Below are positions 37,405 through 44,252 of a DNA stretch of 64,000 bases, in pieces. Source of the DNA: a virus; the IMG/VR virus record IMGVR_UViG_3300035684_000002, positions 1 through 64,000 of that record; one strand, 5' to 3'. Numbering within the stretch: the stretch's first letter is position 1; every line of letters begins with the position of its first letter. Both the position numbers and the translations under genes were made by a program. The notes under the pieces were generated by a model. The model had not been told where the DNA came from, ran no database searches, and was given only the letters and a program-made list of their open reading frames with translations.

Positions 37405-37697
37405 CAGCCCGGCCGTTCCCGCTCGAACACCGCGCGCCCGTGCTGGTCGGTGCGCCCGGTCCATCGCCAGTAGATCGGCGGTGGCAGTGCGATGCCGCGC
37501 AGATCGGCGAGCGCGCCGCCGATCAGGTACGCCGACCAGTCCGCGGGGGGCTGGGTGTAGATGCCACGCGGTAGGTCACCCTCGCGCAACCGCACCTCGC
37601 GCCCGTCGAGCGGGCCGCCGCCCGACAGCACGCCGATGACCCAGGGCGTCTCGTCCTGCTCGCCGGTGCTGTCGACCTCGATCGGGTCCTGGCTCAC
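37404..37697 (-). CDS. hypothetical protein
   Basis: GTG 37697 (GTGA overlap), in frame with track ORF 37404..37925. Confidence 0.5.
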   Translation of the reverse strand: MSQDPIEVDSTGEQDETPWVIGVLSGGGPLDGREVRLREGDLPRGIYTQPPADWSAYLIGGALADLRGIALPPPIYWRWTGRTDQHGRAVFERERPG

Positions 37698-38104
37698 GTC
37701 ACCACCACCCAGCTGACGGGCGGGGGCTCTGGCAACCACCACCACGCGGGCGCGTCGTAGACGCGCGGTGTGCCGACCTGCTGCTGGTGCTCGACGACCC
37801 CGTGGCGCGCCAGCTGGTCGAGCGGCGGCGGGATCTCCCGGCCCAGCTTCGACCACCGGCCCACCCAGTACCAGCGCAACAGCGCGGCGTTGCGCACGCA
37901 CGGGTGCTCGATCACCGCCGCGCACCGCTCGATGCTGTAGAGGTCGCGACCCAGGGTCTGCCCCGGCCAGCCGAACGGGTCGTCGGCGTAGTCGTGGATG
38001 CTGGGCCCGTCGACCCGCGGTAGCTCGACGTGGTGCATGGCGTCGTGCAGTTCGAGCAGCTTCCCGTTCGCCACCCCGCCGACCATGTAGACGCTGCGGG
38101 TCAC
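37694..38104 (-). CDS. hypothetical protein
   Basis: GTG 38104 (GTGA overlap), in frame with track ORF 37694..38194. Confidence 0.55.
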   Translation of the reverse strand: MTRSVYMVGGVANGKLLELHDAMHHVELPRVDGPSIHDYADDPFGWPGQTLGRDLYSIERCAAVIEHPCVRNAALLRWYWVGRWSKLGREIPPPLDQLARHGVVEHQQQVGTPRVYDAPAWWWLPEPPPVSWVVVT

Positions 38105-38325
38105 CGGTCGGCCCCCCGGCCCTCGCCCTTGATGATCAGGGCGACCAGCTCCGCGGAGCACCGCACTTCGCTGGCGATCGCGGCGTAGGTCCACCGGCCG
38201 GGGTCGTCAGCGCGCAGCTGGCGGATCAGCCGGTTGCGTTCGGCCCGGTGCTCTGCTGCTCGCGACACGGCCGTGCCCGCGAGCTGGTGCAGCTCGCGGG
38301 CACGGGTCGCGCGGACGTCCGCCAT
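38101..38325 (-). CDS. small helix-turn-helix DNA-binding protein
   Basis: Track ORF 74 aa. WTYAAIASEVRCSAELVALIIKG looks like an HTH. Confidence 0.6.
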   Translation of the reverse strand: MADVRATRARELHQLAGTAVSRAAEHRAERNRLIRQLRADDPGRWTYAAIASEVRCSAELVALIIKGEGRGADR

Positions 38326-38331
38326 GGTCGA

Positions 38332-40017
38332 TCAGACCTGGCCGGCGGAGAAGTCGCGCAGCAGGGTCGGCACCGCGCCGTCGAAGCCGGACACGTCGAG
38401 CTGGCCGGGGTCGTCGGGGTCGGCGATGCTGAACCGGGTCGGGGTCAGCGCGACGACCGCGAGCCGGGCCGCCGGGTTGATCTCGCGCCGGTACCGGGCG
38501 AGCGCCTGGTGCGGGTGCACCCCGCCGGCCCAGGTCTCGTTGTCGGTGTAGATCACGAACGTGTCGAACACCTTGCCCTTGACGGTGGCCCACGTCATCG
38601 GCAGCGCGCAGTCGGTGCCGCCGAAGGGCAGCCCGGAGATCGCGGCCACGTTGTCGTCGAGCCGGCGGCGGGGCGACAGGTCGAGCGGGGTCAGCGTCGC
38701 CTCGCCGAAGACGCGCGCCGCCCGGCTGCTGCCGGAGGTGAACCCGACGACCTCGCACCCGGGCTCCGTCGCCATCGTCACCAGCGCCATGGCGGCACTG
38801 GCCTCGCGGCACGACAGCAGGGTGCCACCGGCCGGGCTGCCCATCGAGCCGGACACGTCGAGCGCCAGCAGCGTGCGCTTGCCGGCCGGCTCGACCGTCT
38901 CGAACGCGGCGTAGAACCCGGCATCGAGCGCGTCGACCAGCTCGCGCTTCGGCTGCCAGGTCGACGACCCGGCGAGGCTGTGCCCGCTGGCGTAGGTGCG
39001 CTGGGCGAGCAGCAGGGCGACGGGGTGGATGCGCCCGCGCCGCAGCTGCTCGCGGTCGGTCAGCCGGCGGATCACCGTCGCCAGCACCTCGCGGTCGTCG
39101 AGCACGCCGACCCGGGTCAGGCGGGGCAGCTGGCGCAGCAGCGCGCCGATCGGCATCCCGTTGTCGATCATCGCGCGCCAGACCTGGGCGTGACCCAGCG
39201 CGGCGTCGGGCAGCGCCTCCCACGGCAGCCGGAAGTTCTGCACCAGTCCGGCCCAGCCGGGTCCGGCGGTGGCGGGGCTGCGGTCGTGGTCGATCGCCTG
39301 GGCGGCGAGGTGCCCGCGGATCACAGCCGGCAGTGCGTCGGACTGGTCGAGCCCCAGGTGGCCGGTCGCCCAGGCGAGCGCGGCGCGGCGCGCGGCGTCG
39401 TCGTCGGTGGCGGTGCCGACCTTCGGGTGCGCGAGGCGCAGCAGGTCGCGGTGCGACCAGCCCTCGCGCTGGCGGTACTTCACCAGCTGGTACGCCAGCG
39501 AGTCGGCGTCGAAGTTGTCGGCGGCGTACCAGGCGGCGATCGCCCGGCGCAGCCCGCGGCCCCACCCGCGGAACTGCTCGACGTAGCCGGCGAAGGTGAA
39601 CAGGGTCGAGCCGGTGCGGCAGACCTGCGGCACCGCGGTGAGCGCCGCCGACCGGGCGGCGTCGTCGCCCAGCCCGGCCACCGCCGCCAGCGCGAAGATG
39701 GCGGGCTGCTGGCGGAGCGCGCGCCCGGCGAGGCTGACGGCCACGACCTGCTCGACCAGCCAGCTGCCGCGCTCGCGGGCGGCGGTCAGGATGACGTCGG
39801 CGTTGTCCTTCGTGGTCTCGCGCTCGCCGACGTAGAACGTGCCACCGGCCGTGCCCAGGGTGAGGAACCGGTGCACGCGGGTATCGGCGCTGACGTCGAA
39901 GACGAAGCCCCCCGCGCTGTTGCGCACCTGGCGCGGGTCGGCCGGCTGGCTCTGCGGGGTGGCGCGGGTGTTGATCGTCGCGAGCGGGTCGCTGGTGCGG
40001 GTCGAGCTGCGGGCCAC
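38332..40017 (-). CDS. rsr: Ro60 orthologue Rsr (TROVE domain + vWA/MIDAS)
   Basis: Track ORF 561 aa. QVRNSAGGFVFDV...RFLTLGTAGGTFYVGE matches the conserved Ro N-terminus. C-terminal LLALDVSGSMGS MIDAS motif. Y-RNA-like genes lie directly upstream. Confidence 0.9.
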   Translation of the reverse strand: MARSSTRTSDPLATINTRATPQSQPADPRQVRNSAGGFVFDVSADTRVHRFLTLGTAGGTFYVGERETTKDNADVILTAARERGSWLVEQVVAVSLAGRALRQQPAIFALAAVAGLGDDAARSAALTAVPQVCRTGSTLFTFAGYVEQFRGWGRGLRRAIAAWYAADNFDADSLAYQLVKYRQREGWSHRDLLRLAHPKVGTATDDDAARRAALAWATGHLGLDQSDALPAVIRGHLAAQAIDHDRSPATAGPGWAGLVQNFRLPWEALPDAALGHAQVWRAMIDNGMPIGALLRQLPRLTRVGVLDDREVLATVIRRLTDREQLRRGRIHPVALLLAQRTYASGHSLAGSSTWQPKRELVDALDAGFYAAFETVEPAGKRTLLALDVSGSMGSPAGGTLLSCREASAAMALVTMATEPGCEVVGFTSGSSRAARVFGEATLTPLDLSPRRRLDDNVAAISGLPFGGTDCALPMTWATVKGKVFDTFVIYTDNETWAGGVHPHQALARYRREINPAARLAVVALTPTRFSIADPDDPGQLDVSGFDGAVPTLLRDFSAGQV

Positions 40018-40101
40018 GGTGGGCCACCTTCCTGTCGGGGTGTGAGGTTTCCGTTCGAGCTACTTCGTCGGGTGGTGGTGCAGACAGCAAAACAGGCCGG
40101 G

Positions 40102-40219
40102 CTCGCGGGCGTGGTGCAGCATCCGATTGCGCGGGGTGTAGCTCCGCGGTCGTCCTCGCTCCGCCGAAGCGGAGGTCTGACGGACGATTTCTGATAACCG
40201 AATGCATCCGGCCCGCGAG
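40102..40219 (-). ncRNA. Y-RNA-like module 4 (no tRNA-like domain)
   Basis: Closing stem CTCGCGGGC/GCCCGCGAG. 5-prime strand GGGCCGGATGCATTCGGTTATCAGAA, 3-prime strand CACCACGCCC. Internal CTCCGC-TTCG-GCGGAG hairpin. Followed by TGTTTTG. Confidence 0.6.
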
Positions 40220-40237
40220 GACCGACCTGCTGTTAGC

Positions 40238-40306
40238 GAACGGGCGTGTTGCTGGCTGCCGGTGGATTCCATCGCAAGGGGTAACCGACGGCCGTCCGGC
40301 CCGTTC
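40238..40306 (-). ncRNA. Y-RNA-like module 3 (minimal, 69 nt)
   Basis: Closing stem GAACGGGC/GCCCGTTC. GGGCCGGACGGCCGTCGGTTACC ... CAACACGCCC. Confidence 0.6.
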
Positions 40307-40315
40307 TCATTAGCA

Positions 40316-40421
40316 GGTCGGGCATGGGAGTGAGCACCGGATGCCCCGCCGAAGGGGCGCACCCCCGTAGGCGGGGGTGTCAGGAATCGAACCAGATAAC
40401 CGATCCTCGATCGGCCCGACC
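40316..40421 (-). ncRNA. Y-RNA-like module 2 with degenerate permuted tRNA-like domain
   Basis: Closing stem GGTCGGGC/GCCCGACC. CGGTTATC. T-arm-like TCTGG-TTCGATT-CCTGA. Acceptor-like 8 bp stem CACCCCCG/CGGGGGTG closed by CCTA. Short D-like hairpin. Confidence 0.6.
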
Positions 40422-40438
40422 TTCGTTATATAGTTAGT

Positions 40439-40567
40439 GCACGGGCGTGTTAGTGGTACCGGTAAAGGTGCTCTGCCAACTGAGCTACGTCGCCCGAAGA
40501 CGACGGCGGGATTCGAACCCGCGGCCACCCCGTTATCAGCGGATAACCGATCCCGTCCGGCCCGTGC
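40439..40567 (-). ncRNA. yrlA: YrlA-type Y RNA (module 1) with complete circularly permuted tRNA-like domain
   Basis: Closing stem GCACGGGC/GCCCGTGC. GGGCCGGACGGGATCGGTTATC. T-arm GCGGG-TTCGAAT-CCCGC. Acceptor CGTCGTC-TTCG-GGCGACG. TA + D-arm GCTC-AGTTGGCA-GAGC. The 5-prime end coincides with the predicted +1. Confidence 0.75.
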
Positions 40568-40615
40568 GTCAGCGACTGTAGTGCACTACAGCCGGGCACG
40601 CAACATAGGGGTTAG
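40568..40615 (-). promoter_or_regulatory. promoter of the Y RNA-rsr operon, with a distinct palindromic operator (cassette C)
   Basis: -35 TTGCGT (40598-603), 17 nt spacer, -10 TACAGT (40575-80). The spacer holds the perfect 16 bp palindrome CTGTAGTGCACTACAG (40576-91). Upstream site CTAACCCCTATGTTGCG. Confidence 0.6.
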
Positions 40616-40679
40616 GTATCCGGGCTGACCTGCGGGTACACCCTCGACGGGACCGCACCATCACGGAGGTGAGCAGGTC

Positions 40680-40865
40680 GTGGTCAGCGCAGCAGGTGGC
40701 CGCAAGGGGTACGTGGTCAAGTCGAGGCACGACGCCTACCGGAAGATCAAGGCCGGGGGGGCGAGCAAGTCGAAGGCGGCGGCGATCGCGAACGCGGGGC
40801 GCACCGCGGCCGGGCGCAAAGCGATGGCCCGCAAGGCGGCTGCGACCCGGCGCCGTCGCGGGTAG
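40680..40865 (+). CDS. small basic Lys/Ala/Arg-rich protein
   Basis: Track ORF 61 aa. GTG after GGAGG. Followed by a 40 bp palindromic terminator. Confidence 0.55.
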   Translation: MVSAAGGRKGYVVKSRHDAYRKIKAGGASKSKAAAIANAGRTAAGRKAMARKAAATRRRRG

Positions 40866-40882
40866 CTCGCGACGGCCGGACA

Positions 40883-40922
40883 CGACGAAGCCCCCGCACC
40901 AGCTGGTGCGGGGGCTTCGTCG
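40883..40922. terminator. perfect 40 bp palindrome, bidirectional terminator (copy 1)
   Basis: CGACGAAGCCCCCGCACCAG/CTGGTGCGGGGGCTTCGTCG. Its 36 bp core is repeated at 55111-55146. Confidence 0.6.
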
Positions 40923-40962
40923 ACGCTGGCACCCGATCGAAGGGACCAGCCGTCAGCGTAGC

Positions 40963-41229
40963 TCAGGTGCGGCGCCGGTACCCGGGCGGCGCGCCCAGCC
41001 GGTCGGCGCCGTAGGCGAACGCGGCCCGGCTGTCCTGGTGGCCGCCGCCCCGGTTGGGCAGCTGGCCGGCGGTCGCGGCGTAGTCGGCGATCTCGCGCCA
41101 GCTGCGCACCGGTTCGTGCTCGCACCAGACGCAGCCGCCTTCGAGGCACGTCGCATCCGGGGCCGGCCAGCAGATCGGGCGCCCGCGCCGGGTCACCTGC
41201 TCGCGGTTCAGCGCCACGTCCGCCCCCAC
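40963..41229 (-). CDS. hypothetical Cys-containing protein
   Basis: Track ORF 88 aa. Start uncertain (GTG 41229 or 41217). Confidence 0.45.
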   Translation of the reverse strand: MGADVALNREQVTRRGRPICWPAPDATCLEGGCVWCEHEPVRSWREIADYAATAGQLPNRGGGHQDSRAAFAYGADRLGAPPGYRRRT

Positions 41230-41366
41230 GCTGCCGGCCCGTCAGCGGGACGACCGCACTCCGGGTACCAGCCGTCCCGGCGCCAGACGTAGGCCAGCAC
41301 CGCGCCGGTCACCAGCCCGCGGAGCACGAAGCCGGCCAGCCCGGCGAGCAGCAGCCGGCGGTTCAC
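41208..41366 (-). CDS. 52-aa membrane peptide (tentative)
   Basis: GTG 41366 (GTGA overlap with the upstream stop), in frame with track ORF 41208..42155. TM segment LLLAGLAGFVLRGLVTGAVLAYV. Confidence 0.4.
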   Translation of the reverse strand: MNRRLLLAGLAGFVLRGLVTGAVLAYVWRRDGWYPECGRPADGPAAWGRTWR

Positions 41367-42493
41367 CGGACGTCGCCCGGCAGCGCCTTGCTGCGGCTGC
41401 GCGCGACCTCGACCAACTGCTGCCAGCTCAGCTTCTCGAAGTCGAGGTCGATGCCCAGCGCGTCGGCCAGTTCGCGCCGGTGGGAATCCGCGGCGACGGA
41501 CGCACCGGACTCCGCCGCTGTCGCTCTCGACTCCGGCGTGGCGAGCTGCCCGACCAGGTTCAGCAGCCCGCCCCAGGTGTTGGCGTCCGGATCGACGTCG
41601 AGCGCGCGGGCCAGCTCGACCACGCTGTTGCGGCTGACCTCGCGGGTGTAGCGCACCAGCGAGGCGACGTCGCCCAGCAGGTTGACCCACGACCACCCGT
41701 CGGTCGGTGTTCCGCGCTCGATCGGGTAGCCCAGCGCGCCGGCCAGCTCGCGGGCGCGCTGGCGGTTGTCCGACCGGCTGGCCTCGACCAGCGAGGCGAC
41801 CGCGGAGAGCATCGCGGTGACGCCCTCGCTGGTGCGCCAGGTGTCCTCGCCGGTCATGTCGATGCCCAGCCGTTCGGCGAGCGCGTCGACCAGCAGGCTG
41901 TAGTGCCGGGGCTCCGGGTGCAGCCCGTCGACCTGCGCCAGCTCGCCGGTGTCGACGCTGTCGTCGGCTGCGGTATCGGTGCTCTGCGCGGCGACCAGCT
42001 GGCGCACCCGGCCCAGCAACGCGGCGACCGCGCCCGCCCCCAGCCGCGCCGACTCCGACGGGTCCGCGCCCAGGGCGATGGCCAGCGAGGTGACCGGGAT
42101 CGTCGGGCCGAAGGGCACTTCGCGCTGGCGCACCAGATCGAGCAGCTGCCCCCACCCGGCGACGCCGTCATCGACGTGCGCGCCCAGCGCACGGGCGAGG
42201 TCGTCGGCCATCTGCAAGGCCAGCGCGGTGCGGGCTTCCTGCTGCTGGGCGGCGATGCGCTCGCCGACCTCGCCGACCCCGGCGGCCAGCTGGCCGGCGA
42301 GGTCGAGCACGGGCACGGCGGCGGACAGCGCGACCAGCGCGCCGATCGCGGAGTACTGCCCGCCGCCCTCGACGACCTGGTCGCCCAGGGTGCCGACCAG
42401 GTCGGCGCGGGCGTCGACGACCTGGTCGTAGACCTCACGGATGGTGGAGTGGTGCAGGATCGTGGTCGGGGGGGTGCGGGTCGGCTCACTCAC
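41363..42493 (-). CDS. repeat protein (about 6 copies of an LAxALGxD...W..LL..V unit), paralogue of 48504..49673
   Basis: GTG 42493 is in frame with track ORF 41363..42568. Internal repeats visible in the translation. Confidence 0.65.
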   Translation of the reverse strand: MSEPTRTPPTTILHHSTIREVYDQVVDARADLVGTLGDQVVEGGGQYSAIGALVALSAAVPVLDLAGQLAAGVGEVGERIAAQQQEARTALALQMADDLARALGAHVDDGVAGWGQLLDLVRQREVPFGPTIPVTSLAIALGADPSESARLGAGAVAALLGRVRQLVAAQSTDTAADDSVDTGELAQVDGLHPEPRHYSLLVDALAERLGIDMTGEDTWRTSEGVTAMLSAVASLVEASRSDNRQRARELAGALGYPIERGTPTDGWSWVNLLGDVASLVRYTREVSRNSVVELARALDVDPDANTWGGLLNLVGQLATPESRATAAESGASVAADSHRRELADALGIDLDFEKLSWQQLVEVARSRSKALPGDVR

Positions 42494-43028
42494 TGCCGTC
42501 TCCGATCTGTCGTCGTCGTTCCTGGTCGAGTCGTTCGAGGTGTGCCGCGCGTCGGGCGTCGAGCGCATCGTTGATCGCGGCGTTGGCGTCGGCGTTCATC
42601 ACGACCTCGCTGCGTACCGGGGCGTAGGCGCCGGTCAGCTTCGCGGCCTGGTCCATCGCCTTGCCCAGGTCGGGCATCACCGCTTCCCACCGGCGCAGCC
42701 GTTCGTCGTCGGTGAGGTCGCTACGGTCGATGCCCAGCAGCCCGGCGCCGTAGCGCACCAGCTCCGCGGATAGGCCCAGCAGCGAGCGCTTCGCCATCAG
42801 CTGCTCGACCATGTCGCGCGAGGTCGCGGCCTGCTCGCCCTCGCGGACCCACTTCGAGGCGGTCGGGTGGGTGACGCCCATCTCGCGGGCGATCTGCCGG
42901 AAGGACTGCGGCCGGCCCTGCCAGTCGCCTACCCCGTGGAACCGTTCGTAGGCTTCGGCGATCTTGTCGGCCCGGTCGCGCTGGTCGTCGGCGCTGGTGC
43001 TGTCCGGGCCCGGGGTGCCCGGGTTCAT
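42486..43028 (-). CDS. HTH DNA-binding protein (small-terminase-like architecture)
   Basis: ATG 43028 is in frame with track ORF 42486..43163. SFRQIAREMGVTHPTASKWVREG HTH followed by a helical C-terminal half. Confidence 0.6.
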   Translation of the reverse strand: MNPGTPGPDSTSADDQRDRADKIAEAYERFHGVGDWQGRPQSFRQIAREMGVTHPTASKWVREGEQAATSRDMVEQLMAKRSLLGLSAELVRYGAGLLGIDRSDLTDDERLRRWEAVMPDLGKAMDQAAKLTGAYAPVRSEVVMNADANAAINDALDARRAAHLERLDQERRRQIGDGSE

Positions 43029-43125
43029 CAGCTGCCCCTCGTTCCCGTTCGTCGTCAGGGTGGTGCTGGGTGGTGAGTCGCGCCCCGGCCGGGTGTGTCG
43101 GGCACCGGCCGGGGCGGGGTCTGGG

Positions 43126-43533
43126 TCAGCCGGGCGCGCCGCTGGCGTCGGCGGCCAGGTCACCGTCGAGCGCGTGCCGCAGCCGGGCGGCGGCGGTGCG
43201 CACCTCGACGTCGTGTTCGCCGTCGGGGTCGTGTCCGTCGATCAGCGCCAGCAGCTCGCGGGCGGCGGTCCGCGCGGAGGTGTCGGGCAGCTCCGCGTCG
43301 GGACGCCAGATCACCTCGACCGGCCCGTAGCTCAACAGCTGCGCCCAGGTCAACGCGCCGAAGAGGTCGCCGCGCTTCGGGTAGGCCAGCGGGCTGCCGT
43401 GCCCGTAGTCGCGGGACTGGCGCACTTCGCGGTCGGCGAGGCTGACAACCACGGAGCCGGCCGGGGGCTCCGGCGGGACGTCGAGCTGGGCGTGGCGCTC
43501 GCGCACCCGCCCGCTGCTCATGCTCTGGTGCAC
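43126..43533 (-). CDS. hypothetical protein
   Basis: Track ORF 135 aa. GTG 43533 follows AGGAGAG. Confidence 0.5.
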   Translation of the reverse strand: MHQSMSSGRVRERHAQLDVPPEPPAGSVVVSLADREVRQSRDYGHGSPLAYPKRGDLFGALTWAQLLSYGPVEVIWRPDAELPDTSARTAARELLALIDGHDPDGEHDVEVRTAAARLRHALDGDLAADASGAPG

Positions 43534-43537
43534 GTGC

Positions 43538-43924
43538 TCACTCTCCTGTCGGTTCGGCCGGAGGCCGGATCGGGTTGGAGGTCGGGCCGGCCGGGGTGGC
43601 GGCCACGACCGTGCCGGCGGCGCTCGACATCGCGGTGGGCGGGGCGACCGCGCGGCGCTCCGCGGCGAAGCTGCGGTCGATCTGGGTGCGGCGTTCCTGC
43701 TGCTCGCGCATGGCGTCGTCGCGGCGGGCGTTGGCCTCGACGTGCAGCATGTAGACCGCCCACGCCGCGAAGACCACCGCGCCGATCGCCAGGGCGGCGA
43801 CCGGCGCGGTGACCCCGCCGACCAGGGCGAACGTCAGCAGGAACGCCACCAGGAACGCCACGTGCAGCACGGTGGCGACCCGCTGGTAGACCGCGGTGTC
43901 GCGGCCCCTGGTCGGCGGGGTCAC
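43538..43924 (-). CDS. membrane protein
   Basis: Track ORF 128 aa. Two TM segments. Confidence 0.6.
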   Translation of the reverse strand: MTPPTRGRDTAVYQRVATVLHVAFLVAFLLTFALVGGVTAPVAALAIGAVVFAAWAVYMLHVEANARRDDAMREQQERRTQIDRSFAAERRAVAPPTAMSSAAGTVVAATPAGPTSNPIRPPAEPTGE

Positions 43925-43928
43925 CGGC

Positions 43929-44189
43929 TCAGCCCTCCGTGCCGGTGCGGGCCGGGTCGACCGGGCCGAGCTGGCGCGGGCGGGTGGTGACCTGAACGTC
44001 GGTGCCGAACGGCTTGGTCTCGGCCAGGAAGCCCTCGATGGTCGCGGCGTGCGCGGCGTTCACCGGGTTGCTCTGGTCGATGCTGTCGACGTAGGTCCGC
44101 AGCGCGGCCAGCAGCTGGTCGGCCAGCGCCGGCACGCGCAGGTAGCTAGGGGTCGGTGGGCGCTGGGCGCGCCCCTGGGTGTCGGTCAT
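43929..44189 (-). CDS. hypothetical protein
   Basis: Track ORF 86 aa. Confidence 0.55.
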   Translation of the reverse strand: MTDTQGRAQRPPTPSYLRVPALADQLLAALRTYVDSIDQSNPVNAAHAATIEGFLAETKPFGTDVQVTTRPRQLGPVDPARTGTEG

Positions 44190-44252
44190 CTTCGTGGTCC
44201 CCTCGATCGGGTGGGTGGTGCGGTCCTGGCCCGCGGGTGCGGGCCGGGGGGC

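Noticed and set aside
37768-40194. 808-aa plus-strand ORF and 666-aa minus-strand ORF (38207..40207) overlapping rsr
   Set aside because: Both are off-frame or antisense shadows of the Ro60 gene with Arg/Pro/Gly-rich nonsense composition. Only the 38332..40017 frame shows TROVE/vWA motifs.
40470-40535. Apparent tRNA gene (GCTCAGTTGGCAGAGC D-arm and GGTTCGAATCC T-arm on the minus strand)
   Set aside because: The T-arm precedes the D-arm, the acceptor strands are joined by a UUCG loop, and there is no anticodon arm. It is the permuted tRNA-like domain of a YrlA-type Y RNA. It is not a tRNA gene, and not an attP-type tRNA fragment.
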